A stretch of DNA of 61,017 nt from a virus (Duplodnaviria; Caudoviricetes): positions 1-61,017 of IMG/VR virus record IMGVR_UViG_3300047586_000114; one strand, written 5' to 3'. The notes beneath the pieces are model-generated. The model was not told where the DNA came from and did not search any database. It was given only the letters and a program-made list of their open reading frames with translations. Position numbers and translations under genes: made by a program. Numbering within the stretch: the first letter of the stretch is position 1; the number at the start of each line of letters is the position of its first letter. Shown here one piece after another: positions 41,001 to 49,269 of the stretch.

Positions 41001-43009
41001 ATACAATTAACAGTAAAAGAAGTATCATCCACAACAGCTAATACAATATATCTTCCACTTGGTAATGTATCTAAATCTGTACTATCAGAAATAATTATTT
41101 CTTGACCTTTAACATATCCATGATTTTCAAAAAAGACTGTTATTAGTGCTATATTTTCATTTCTCGTCCAATAAGATAATGCATAAGTTGGACCACAAAA
41201 ATGACATTGATCTAAATAATAAGACCCCTGTGTGGGTATAATATAAGGATAATAATCTATGTCATGTATAGTTCCGTTTAAAACATATTTCCAGGATACA
41301 GTATTGTCTGTTGTTACATCATCAATATGAGAATGTATCCAACTTGGTTCTGTTGAATTTGAAGTTCCAGTTACTGTACATTTAAAATAACATGTAGCAT
41401 GATCTTCCGATGTTGGTTTTACTAAATCTCCAATACTATAACTATGATTAGGTAACCAATTACTTGGTATAGAATAGGGACCAGTTATATTATCATAATC
41501 AATATTTAACAATTCCCCTTGTCCAATATACTCTAAATCATAAAAAATTTCTACATCTTTTGGATAAAATTTAAATGATGGATGATGATGTTCTGAATCA
41601 CCAAACATTAAACTGACAAATAAATTAAGACCATGACTAGTAGTTTGAAATTTTGTCCAGTTGACTAATTTTTCATATCTAAATGGATAAACACCAATAA
41701 AAGGTGCTGTACTGTATGAATCTGAAATTATACCATATTCTGTAGATAAAAAATTATTAAGTTCTGTAAACTTTACATAATCATTATATCTATTGTATGC
41801 ATAATTTAAACATAAATATAATTCAAAAACTGACATTTTTTGGTTAAGTTCTTCAACGTAAATAATTCTATCGTTATTAATATACTCTGTATTTTGCTGA
41901 ATATATTTAACAAAAAGATCATTACACAATCTATTTAAAAACATAGCAGATTGAAGAACAGATGAAAAATGCAAATAATATGCAATGGAAAAATAAGGCA
42001 TTATTGATGGTAGAGATAAATTAGTTAATGTATCATCAACTGCTTTTATTTGTGCTTCTCTATAATACCAATGAGGTCCTGCCATTTTTTCAAATTCTGC
42101 ATAACTTAAATATCTATTAGTCCTTAACATTGATTCTAAATTAGCATTTTCTGATTTAGTAACTCTTTGACCTTGGAGATATAAATCTCCATCAACGGTA
42201 CCTCTTTGTCTATATAACCACCATTCGTATATTGAAATATCATCCAAACCTAAAAATTTTAAAATTTCAACTATTGAATCAGGAGATCCTTTTTTCTTAT
42301 ATATGTCTACTAAAGATAAAAGCAATCCAGCTTTTAAATCTTTTTCATTTATTGCATATATTTTACTAAAACCAAAACTTTTATTGGCAGTATCTAAAAG
42401 TTCTTTTGTCATTAAAAATGGATTTGTAGTTTGTTTTTGAAGTTTCAATAATGTTCTAAATGTTGAATACCAATCAATAATCATTCTTCTTAACTTATTA
42501 TAATCATCAGTATTGAATGCTGGTTGATCCATTACATTTTTGAAAAAACCAGTGACTTCATTTCTTGTTGTAATAGCTAAATTAATTATTGAAATATCTA
42601 TATCAGATACATAATCCGCCATTGTATTATCTTGTACAATGTAAACTGGGGGACTTGTCCATGTAATTATCGGTTTACTTGCTTCTAGTTCAGCTATATA
42701 TAAAGTCATTTCATTTGCAATAGATGGAATATCATAAAGATCTTTTATTCGATTATAAAGAATTTCTGAAGATTGTTCAACGAAATATTTTAATCTCTCT
42801 AATGTATAAAGTTGTTGGTTTAAAATATTTAAATATGACTGAACCATTTCTATACTATTATTAATGACATCTATTTGACGCTGTAATATGGTATTTCTTT
42901 CCATTTCATCAGAATTTAAATTATCATTTTGAACTTGATACAGAGATGTTTTATTTGGATGCTCGTTTAAATACTGAAAAATTTTGAAAAAATCTTGTTG
43001 TGAGTACAT
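38048..43009 (-). CDS. large baseplate wedge-like protein with C-terminal leucine-rich repeats
   Basis: IYKKKGSPDSI...IYEWW baseplate motif; W...Y..GD.V...YFKC...GT...EP.W module; two blocks of LxxLxLxxNxL 22-aa repeats. Confidence 0.7.
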   Translation of the reverse strand: MYSQQDFFKIFQYLNEHPNKTSLYQVQNDNLNSDEMERNTILQRQIDVINNSIEMVQSYLNILNQQLYTLERLKYFVEQSSEILYNRIKDLYDIPSIANEMTLYIAELEASKPIITWTSPPVYIVQDNTMADYVSDIDISIINLAITTRNEVTGFFKNVMDQPAFNTDDYNKLRRMIIDWYSTFRTLLKLQKQTTNPFLMTKELLDTANKSFGFSKIYAINEKDLKAGLLLSLVDIYKKKGSPDSIVEILKFLGLDDISIYEWWLYRQRGTVDGDLYLQGQRVTKSENANLESMLRTNRYLSYAEFEKMAGPHWYYREAQIKAVDDTLTNLSLPSIMPYFSIAYYLHFSSVLQSAMFLNRLCNDLFVKYIQQNTEYINNDRIIYVEELNQKMSVFELYLCLNYAYNRYNDYVKFTELNNFLSTEYGIISDSYSTAPFIGVYPFRYEKLVNWTKFQTTSHGLNLFVSLMFGDSEHHHPSFKFYPKDVEIFYDLEYIGQGELLNIDYDNITGPYSIPSNWLPNHSYSIGDLVKPTSEDHATCYFKCTVTGTSNSTEPSWIHSHIDDVTTDNTVSWKYVLNGTIHDIDYYPYIIPTQGSYYLDQCHFCGPTYALSYWTRNENIALITVFFENHGYVKGQEIIISDSTDLDTLPSGRYIVLAVVDDTSFTVNCIDVGNISGECTIQNVFDQYNTDTYESIIKQEWDVLFKRFKILTDIYTIKKSKAHLPLDGVNYKIGDLALIIKDETDFIADVRFNWVDRTQYNPRIYKCIATTGTIDEQWELQVDNDIYEEWHRLYQKLLHNKYMQMWTWKFAKNYARNRKDPERILNGTAMPVSVEDYYNLPTIGNTLDSLKLVNNDSTRGYLPVVYKCIAITGTIDEQWEYDENGLWKLNYAVNNTLVPLMIEYTNGNDEVYFNLAETLVTYLNVFIHTYIQTTAPNFRELLLGSFEKIKLLIGDIKPKRARLLSYETIYGLDDKLQDSLNGQDILNGKFFQKAEWDRRENIRDSDQRNYDTVNPYHYTSLVEPNKFDVGDVYDGDFIITIHTDLQFITINNGTPHFIASVVKSGTNVSWDMGNGTIISNVNNIDYAGYTSTVQKAVMFSVIDDYTYITELNASNDQLTEMRHLELLTNLTHLDLSSNQLTGPYSEIARLSDLTYLNLSNNTITYIGIISGLTDLIYLNLEDNDLVQLGNVANMINLVTLNLNNNALTDIGLVTNLTQLQSLELLNNGFLNIGIVTSLTNLQRLYLKNNELTNIGQIDNLTDLLFLDISYNNLTDVGSLINLTNLTNCYLENNEFNESTLSNFVDQLWSNEVYLKANSCDIKLEGNCGLSSATAVEKIEGLGAYSATPIKGGGCTISYDFSTNVFSFITLSTIPDVFSPLTVHTSNVLWNLGDGTLEPNDYVSHTYATSGEKTVKLLCDDFDTLTELHLSNNKIKSLSEFYLNELQVLDLSDNNSSLHEYFIDVKYYPKLTNLNISNNTKIKQIYHIELLTLLETLNISGCNFIYANFLDKQNKLISLDSDNINAIVTTTIDYFPYIQRYVVSNNSLTTIGDISYCNSLVHLDINHNQITDIGSFLYLLNLNYIDLSYNNISQTQMSIYIDEMWLMRYHLGTNSCAINVSNNNGLTSIAIRQIEGLSEFLGQGLKDFGCTVTY

Positions 43010-43010
43010 A

Positions 43011-43982
43011 TTAAATATTAACCTCTAATGGATATTGTATAAATGACCACGCTAAATACACTCTTTCTTCATTTTTCATTTCTTGAGTTAAAGCAGAATT
43101 CCAATAAAATCTAACCACATTATCCTCGGTCATTATATGATTACCAACAATAAGTGTATTTTTATAAAAGAATTTAGTATGTTCAACATTAATTGGTTCT
43201 TCTGGTAATTCTAAATATCCTCTAGAGATTATTTCATTAGTTAAAATAAAAATTTTGGAATTTGTATTTGGTATATAAAAATGAGTTTTTGCATTTAATT
43301 TTTGAACTTCCGTTAATTGTTTTTTTACATAAAAATAATTAACTAACCATTGTTGAAATAACCTATCTAAAATTCTATTATTATCTGGTGAAAGAGTAAA
43401 GATACTATTTGGATATTTATTTAAACATTCACATTCTAAATACTGATATATCATCTTAGATAAGTCACATCTTGGTTTAACTTCAAAATCTAAGAATCCG
43501 GTTGTATCATATCCTGATTTAATTTCTTTCATTCTTTCAAGAAAATAATATTCATCAAATGTAATATTAAATACATTAAATCCCATTTCATAAAATTCAT
43601 AAGATCTCGGATGTTGATAATTAAGAGGTATAATATCGATAGAAACTTCAGATGAAGAATCATATTTAATAGGTATATTTCTGTTTGCATCTTTATCTAA
43701 AAGATAGACTTTTATTGCATTTCCATAAATATTCATTCTGGTATATAGTGCCGGATCAGCATTAACTAAAGGATCTAAAATTTCGTAATAAATTCCAAAA
43801 TCGCTATAATCATAACTCCAACCAAAAAGAACTTTTTGAAATGAAATAGTGGACATAAAATCTTTATATTTGATTTCATCAAGTGGAGCATAATTTAGAT
43901 ATTTTTTATTGATATTAAACGATTCACGAAGAACTTTATTGGTATAAACGTTTAATTCAGGTACTAGAGTTGGGGGAATCAT
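43011..43982 (-). CDS. hypothetical (probable structural) protein
   Basis: 323 aa, first gene of the baseplate/sheath operon. Confidence 0.6.
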   Translation of the reverse strand: MIPPTLVPELNVYTNKVLRESFNINKKYLNYAPLDEIKYKDFMSTISFQKVLFGWSYDYSDFGIYYEILDPLVNADPALYTRMNIYGNAIKVYLLDKDANRNIPIKYDSSSEVSIDIIPLNYQHPRSYEFYEMGFNVFNITFDEYYFLERMKEIKSGYDTTGFLDFEVKPRCDLSKMIYQYLECECLNKYPNSIFTLSPDNNRILDRLFQQWLVNYFYVKKQLTEVQKLNAKTHFYIPNTNSKIFILTNEIISRGYLELPEEPINVEHTKFFYKNTLIVGNHIMTEDNVVRFYWNSALTQEMKNEERVYLAWSFIQYPLEVNI

Positions 43983-44086
43983 TTATAGTAAAAATCTCCT
44001 TGAAAAGCAATAAAAACTACTTTTTAATTTGTTCTCTTAGTGGTGTTTATTTTAAAAAGAGTTATCAGTGGTTAAAATAATTTTAT

Positions 44087-45457
44087 TTATATAAAACTGT
44101 ATTTTTGAATACAAGATTTGTATGAATAAAATCTTAAGAACTTTAGATTTTCATCTAAAGAGAACCTATATTTCAATTTAGATTCTTTTGACAAATTGAA
44201 TAATTCTTTCCAACTTAAAGAACTCCAATCTAAGTCTTTCTTCCATAGATTCTTTAGATTATTAACGTTCTTTTCAATTGAATAAAACCATCCTTTGTCG
44301 TACTTTTTAAAACCTCTTCTTGCTATTTCAATTGATGATGCAACTGGATCTGGTGTACTTTCATTTCCATATTGAATATTTCCTATAAAACTTGAATAAG
44401 CTGTATTAACTTTAACTAATTCAATACCATAAATATTACACCTTTTTGTTAAATTATTGATTAATAATGTTTTATTCCATATATTGTTACAAATATAATT
44501 TATTCTTTTTCCTATCTTTAGATCTGTATCAAAATTATTAAGATCTTCAACTATTATTTTTGAACATTTAAAGTGTTTAGCTTTTTCTGTAATATATTTT
44601 ACAATCTCTATTGTTTCAAATTTCTTTTTATTATTTATTATTCCTGTTTTATTTTTATAGTTATTGAACGATTTAAAATCGATTAATTCTTTATGAATAA
44701 TTTCAAAATTATTCTCTTTATTAAAATCTAAAATACTAAAACCAATATTCAACGGGTTTAAATCAATACCTAAAATTCTATTTTCTTTTAAATTTTTAAT
44801 TTTATATTCATCTATTTTATTTTCATCAAATATAAGAGTTATATTTGTTTTTGTTAATTTGACTGAATAAGATAATTCTTTTTCATCAGATAAACTTTCT
44901 AACTTATATAATTGTTTTTTAATATTATTTCTGAGTTTTGGAAGTTGAATTAGTATAGGTTTTTGGTTATATCTACCAGTTTTAAAAATTATACAGTTGT
45001 TTTGAATAATATCTAAATCAAATAATCTATTTTTAAATTTTTTTGCTTCACAATGAATTGTTATTGGTATTAATTTGTTTTCTTTATACTGTTGTTTATT
45101 AATTTTATTTTGAATATATCGCTTATAATTTTTTCTATTTCCAAAAATAATATGTTTTAGATGTATTAGATGTATTTTTAGTTTAGATATTTTATCTGGT
45201 TTATCACATTTTAATATCTCATCTTCTTTCTTTTTTATTTTAGTTTTATTTATTTTATATATTGTTTCTGCTTCTTTAACGCACGATACCATTATCCATG
45301 ATTTTAGTTTAAATTTATTTTTTGCTAGATTAAAAACTTGAGGAAATATTTTATTTTCTTTAAATCTATTAAAACAAAATCTAAAACAAGAAGAGTAAAT
45401 ACGTTGAATGTCATCTATATTTATTTCATTTTGGATTGGTAATTTAATTGAGATCAT
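44087..45457 (-). CDS. tnpB: TnpB-like RuvC nuclease (IS200/IS605/IS607 accessory family, zinc-finger-less type)
   Basis: RuvC-I LGIDLN, RuvC-II IIVEDL, VNTAYSSFIG, RuvC-III PDPVASSIEIARRG. Confidence 0.8.
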   Translation of the reverse strand: MISIKLPIQNEINIDDIQRIYSSCFRFCFNRFKENKIFPQVFNLAKNKFKLKSWIMVSCVKEAETIYKINKTKIKKKEDEILKCDKPDKISKLKIHLIHLKHIIFGNRKNYKRYIQNKINKQQYKENKLIPITIHCEAKKFKNRLFDLDIIQNNCIIFKTGRYNQKPILIQLPKLRNNIKKQLYKLESLSDEKELSYSVKLTKTNITLIFDENKIDEYKIKNLKENRILGIDLNPLNIGFSILDFNKENNFEIIHKELIDFKSFNNYKNKTGIINNKKKFETIEIVKYITEKAKHFKCSKIIVEDLNNFDTDLKIGKRINYICNNIWNKTLLINNLTKRCNIYGIELVKVNTAYSSFIGNIQYGNESTPDPVASSIEIARRGFKKYDKGWFYSIEKNVNNLKNLWKKDLDWSSLSWKELFNLSKESKLKYRFSLDENLKFLRFYSYKSCIQKYSFI

Positions 45458-45606
45458 TTTATTTCAATATTTTCTTTTTTATATTTCTTAAAAAGATCAT
45501 TTAAAGCTTCAATTAAAAGGTCTTTAATTGATTTTTCAGTTTCAGCAGACAATTTTTTAATTTCTTTATGAGATCCATTTTCAAGTAATGCAATTAACTG
45601 TTTCAT
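45454..45606 (-). CDS. ribbon-helix-helix protein (50 aa), coupled to tnpB
   Basis: Below track cut-off: MKQLIALLENGSHKEIKKLSAETEKSIKDLLIEALNDLFKKYKKENIEIK*; AAGGA SD; ATGA overlap with the tnpB start. Confidence 0.7.
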   Translation of the reverse strand: MKQLIALLENGSHKEIKKLSAETEKSIKDLLIEALNDLFKKYKKENIEIK

Positions 45607-45665
45607 CTATATTTTTCCTTTTTTATAGTTTTATTTTATTTGTTCTATTTAAATAAATAGTTAAT

Positions 45666-45702
45666 AAATCACTTTGAATAGATAGTAAAGTCTATATACA
45701 TA
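45666..45702 (+). promoter_or_regulatory. sigma70-like early promoter (copy of 9041 motif)
   Basis: AAATCACTTTGAATAG...TCTATATA shared with 9041. Confidence 0.6.
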
Positions 45703-45707
45703 TATAT

Positions 45708-45860
45708 TTGATAACATCTATCTACTTCGGTAGGAAGAAGTTATCAAAACACACATATAAGTATGACAAAGGAATTTAGGTAGGTCTAAATTCTACAAAT
45801 CATACGCTCAACCTACTGAGAAACCGGATGGATTAAGCTATCTATCGAGTGTGTTATTTT
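45708..45860 (+). ncRNA. candidate small RNA: multi-way junction with kissing loops
   Basis: 5' hairpin with cUUCGg; closing stem AACACAC/GTGTGTT; loops GTAGGT (45780-85) and ACCTAC (45811-16) exactly complementary; T-rich tail. Confidence 0.5.
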
Positions 45861-45933
45861 TATTATTATTTTTAAAGTAACTCTAAACTAACAGGAGGTT
45901 TTGATTTAATTGGACTAATAATCCATATGTGTA

Positions 45934-46046
45934 GGCTTAATTGAATTTCCACATCTCTCTTCTGAGCACAGATGTGGGGACTCAATATTTGGCAATTGTC
46001 AGTGAGGGTAAAAGCCACCCTGCTCAGACGCTGGCAAAGTTAAGTC
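45934..46046 (+). ncRNA. candidate pseudoknotted leader RNA
   Basis: Closing stem GGCTTAA/TTAAGTC, two hairpins, TCTGAGCA (45961-68) complementary to TGCTCAGA (46021-28). Confidence 0.5.
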
Positions 46047-46083
46047 CCCAATTTTTTAACAAAAAAAAAGAAAGATAATAACA

Positions 46084-46839
46084 ATGAATTTTCAGGATCA
46101 TGTTAGTGTCGGCGTTGCACAATTGCAAGCGGGTCGTCAGATATCAGAAAATATCATATCAACGGTCAATAATGTGGTTGATTCAATAATCAAACCTCCT
46201 GAATTTCTTCCTTTCTTTTTCGAACCTCGTTTATATCTCGAAGGAAATCAAATGGTGAAGAGTAAGTATATTGATAGCGGAGCAAAAATGGCTATTAATA
46301 TTTCCGATCCATTTGATGATTCAATTGAATTTCGAAGTGGGCATCCTGAAATTCTTTTCTTCGAGAAGAAAAAAGGAGAAGAAACAGCTACTATGTTTCA
46401 TGCCGATAAAAGAATCGGAAATGTTATACTAGGTTACAGTTCATGTGCGGCGGTAAAGGAAAGACAGTTGTCGCAACTTGTCAGAGAGTACAGTAAAAGT
46501 CAACAAAGAAACAAAGAAAAGTTTCTCAAAAATGGGTGGAATTGGGAAGACCGCCCACGAGATATGAAGTTTTACGATGATCCGAAAATGGATCCGGGTT
46601 TTGCAAGTTTCTTGACCAATTGTGAATCTGGATACAGTTATGAAAAAATTACCGGAGTAAAGACCAAAAATGGTTTACCGTGTGATTTTCAGCGATTGGC
46701 AAATATCGTAAAATTTTTCGTCTCAAGAGTTCTCGCCGAGAAGAAGTACATCGGATGTTCTTTCTCAGATATGATTTCATACACGAAGAAGGATCTTGAA
46801 TCACCTCGTGTATTTGAAAAAGGTTTTGTAGTTTCATAA
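46084..46839 (+). CDS. hypothetical protein
   Basis: 251-aa ORF. Confidence 0.7.
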   Translation: MNFQDHVSVGVAQLQAGRQISENIISTVNNVVDSIIKPPEFLPFFFEPRLYLEGNQMVKSKYIDSGAKMAINISDPFDDSIEFRSGHPEILFFEKKKGEETATMFHADKRIGNVILGYSSCAAVKERQLSQLVREYSKSQQRNKEKFLKNGWNWEDRPRDMKFYDDPKMDPGFASFLTNCESGYSYEKITGVKTKNGLPCDFQRLANIVKFFVSRVLAEKKYIGCSFSDMISYTKKDLESPRVFEKGFVVS

Positions 46840-46847
46840 TTCATTTT

Positions 46848-46900
46848 ATCTACTAAGTAGGAATTGTAATTTAAATATTATTGATTCCTACTTAGTAGAT
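46848..46900 (+). terminator. 17-bp inverted repeat, probable terminator
   Basis: ATCTACTAAGTAGGAAT/ATTCCTACTTAGTAGAT followed by TTGTTTT. Confidence 0.6.
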
Positions 46901-46942
46901 TTGTTTTATCAGAACAAATGTTAAAATTATTGGAGGTATTTT

Positions 46943-47650
46943 ATGGTTAAGAAAAAGTTAGTTATTATTTTGGTTGCCGCTATTATTTGTGTTTCTCCTT
47001 CTTATGCTGGTGGTGGGGGAGGTAATCGTGGAGGAGGTGGAGGTGGTTATGGATGTCACGGTGGAGGAGGTGGATATCGAGGAGGCGGGTGGGGTGGGCA
47101 TGGATGGTATGGATCGAGTGCTTGGGGCTGGACCAACTTTGGTCTGGCTTGCGGAGCATTGGCTCTTGGATCATATGCAGCAGCATTACCATATCCAGTA
47201 GCACCCATCTATTATGGTGGGATTCCCTACTATGGTTATGGTGGTTCTTATTACACTCCTTATGGCAACGGTTATGTTGTTGCTCAGCCACCAGTTGTAT
47301 ATCAACAGCCAGCTCCTGTTATGTATCAAGCACCAGTTGGAGGAATAGTTGGAGCTGTAACTAATACAGTAACTGGAGTATCCTCTAATGCGTTGGGTAC
47401 AGCAAATAACATTCTGACCGGTTATTCGCCTCAACCCCAGTCCATACAGCAACAATCTCAATCACAATCTCAACCAGTTTCAGATCAACAATCACAACCA
47501 TCAAATAATTTTAATGTTCATCTTCCAAATGACAACGGTACTTATACAGTTGTCCCACTCATTAAAACTAACAATGGTTTTATGGGTCCTCAAGGTGAAT
47601 TCTATCAAGATTATCCGACAGCTACTCAGTTGAGGAATCGTTACAAGTAA
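46943..47650 (+). CDS. exported Gly/Tyr/Pro/Gln-rich protein
   Basis: Signal peptide (..SPSYA), Gly-rich tract, YxxP repeats, C-terminal VHLPNDNGTYT...GPQGEFY domain; GC higher than flanks. Confidence 0.7.
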   Translation: MVKKKLVIILVAAIICVSPSYAGGGGGNRGGGGGGYGCHGGGGGYRGGGWGGHGWYGSSAWGWTNFGLACGALALGSYAAALPYPVAPIYYGGIPYYGYGGSYYTPYGNGYVVAQPPVVYQQPAPVMYQAPVGGIVGAVTNTVTGVSSNALGTANNILTGYSPQPQSIQQQSQSQSQPVSDQQSQPSNNFNVHLPNDNGTYTVVPLIKTNNGFMGPQGEFYQDYPTATQLRNRYK

Positions 47651-47657
47651 GTTTTTA

Positions 47658-47691
47658 AGGGGAACCTTAAATAAGTTCCCTCTATCTTTTT
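47658..47691 (+). terminator. intrinsic terminator
   Basis: GGGAAC/GTTCCC stem followed by T-rich tract. Confidence 0.55.
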
Positions 47692-47874
47692 AGTTAATCA
47701 TCATTTGTTAATTTATTATTTTAATTTTTCTAATACAAAAATTATATGATATTTTTAATAAAATGGTGGTTAATTAAAAAGATAGAAACAGTTCAGGAGA
47801 TAATTTAATTTTTATTCTTTATTTTTAACAAAATATTTTTTATTTCTTTATTTTGTTTTTTCAAAAAATAATTA

Positions 47875-49254
47875 ATGGAGGTTAGTGTGGATCCAAAAAC
47901 AAAATATAAAGATTGGTATGATAAATATGATAAGATAGAAGCGCATCTATTTCGAGATCCCATATTCAAACCTTTTGGTATTGCCTTAATGGGTTTTGAA
48001 GTTGAATTTGATAATTTTAGTGGGGTTCCAGATGCAGTTAATTTATTGAAAGAAAATAGGATATTAATCAATGTTAATTCTATTTTATTAAAAGAAAGAA
48101 CTGGATTAAATTTTATTGTTCTTCATGAAATTTGGCATCATATCAATATGTATATGGAAAGAGCTAATCATCGAGATCCAGAACTCTGGAATATATCTGA
48201 TGATTATTGTGGTAATCTTTTTATTCATGAATTAGAAAAATTATCTAAAGTAAAAAGTAATGGTCAAAAATTTGATCTTGATGTTATGGAAATAAAACAT
48301 AAATGCGGAGCACTTCTCCGTGATGAATTTCAAAATATGATTACTGAAGAAATATATGATAAACTGAAAAGTAAAGGACAATACTCTAAAAAAGAGTATA
48401 CAAAAAAATTAAAGGAAATTATTCCTTCTACAAACGGAACTCCTGATGGGGAAATTGATGCATTAATTAAAGAAATTCATTTTAAATATAAAGAGGATAG
48501 AATAGACAAAAAAGAAATTATTTTACCACAACCCACAAATGGTAAAGATGGTGAAAAAACTCCAGCTCAAAAATTAATTGAAAAAGCAATTAAAACATTC
48601 AGACATATGATGCTAGATATTGGAAAGCAATTATCTGATATCAATCATTTAATTGAAAGATTATTTGCAACTCAAATTCCTTGGAATGAAATTCTTAGAG
48701 ATTTAACTACATTATATATAAAGATAGAAAATGAAACTACTTGGTCAAGAGAACGTTTAAGTAGTTTTATAAATCCAGAACTTCCTATTTTACCAGGTTA
48801 TGATGATGAAGAAATCAGAAGTATTGTTTTCTTTGTTATAGACCAATCCGGATCGGTTAGTGATGAAGATATGGGTAAAGTTCTTAATATTATTTTACAA
48901 TCTAGAGAATTCTTTGAATTCATTTGGGTTATAAAACATGATATGACTTGTACTAATTTAGAAATTTATGAAGCAAAAAATATTGGTGAAAATGAGAAAA
49001 AAGAAATTTGTACAAGAAAAAAATGTGGAGGAACTTCTCATAAAGATGCATTTAAAATAATAAAAGAAAAATATGAAAAACAAGATATAAATCAACCCAT
49101 AAGTTGTGTAATATTTTGTACTGATCTTTGTTCTGATATTAATGAACATATTGATATTCTTCCAAAAGAACTTCCCTATATTTGGATAGTTCCGAAACAA
49201 CATCAACCGAATGTTAAATTAAAAGGAAAGAAAATTATTATCAACGATAATTAA
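47875..49254 (+). CDS. metallopeptidase-like + vWA domain protein (DUF2201-type)
   Basis: VLHEIWH (HExxH), WNIS.D, IDQSGS MIDAS, GGT, FCTD. Confidence 0.85.
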   Translation: MEVSVDPKTKYKDWYDKYDKIEAHLFRDPIFKPFGIALMGFEVEFDNFSGVPDAVNLLKENRILINVNSILLKERTGLNFIVLHEIWHHINMYMERANHRDPELWNISDDYCGNLFIHELEKLSKVKSNGQKFDLDVMEIKHKCGALLRDEFQNMITEEIYDKLKSKGQYSKKEYTKKLKEIIPSTNGTPDGEIDALIKEIHFKYKEDRIDKKEIILPQPTNGKDGEKTPAQKLIEKAIKTFRHMMLDIGKQLSDINHLIERLFATQIPWNEILRDLTTLYIKIENETTWSRERLSSFINPELPILPGYDDEEIRSIVFFVIDQSGSVSDEDMGKVLNIILQSREFFEFIWVIKHDMTCTNLEIYEAKNIGENEKKEICTRKKCGGTSHKDAFKIIKEKYEKQDINQPISCVIFCTDLCSDINEHIDILPKELPYIWIVPKQHQPNVKLKGKKIIINDN

Positions 49255-49269
49255 GAAAGGAAAACGCAA

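Noticed and set aside
44041-44053. TGGTGTTTATTTT shared with about 4216 as a possible TnpB guide/target
   Set aside because: A 13-nt AT-rich match is plausible by chance in 61 kb, and no element end is defined
45748-45855. Purine, lysine or c-di-GMP riboswitch
   Set aside because: Only short fragments (CATATAA, GGTCTAA) resemble them; conserved junction sequences are absent
43983-46083. CRISPR array or Cas12f system beside the RuvC nuclease
   Set aside because: No regularly spaced direct repeats seen on either side
46974-47461. Several overlapping alternative-frame ORFs
   Set aside because: By-product of the GC-richer Gly-rich gene having few stops
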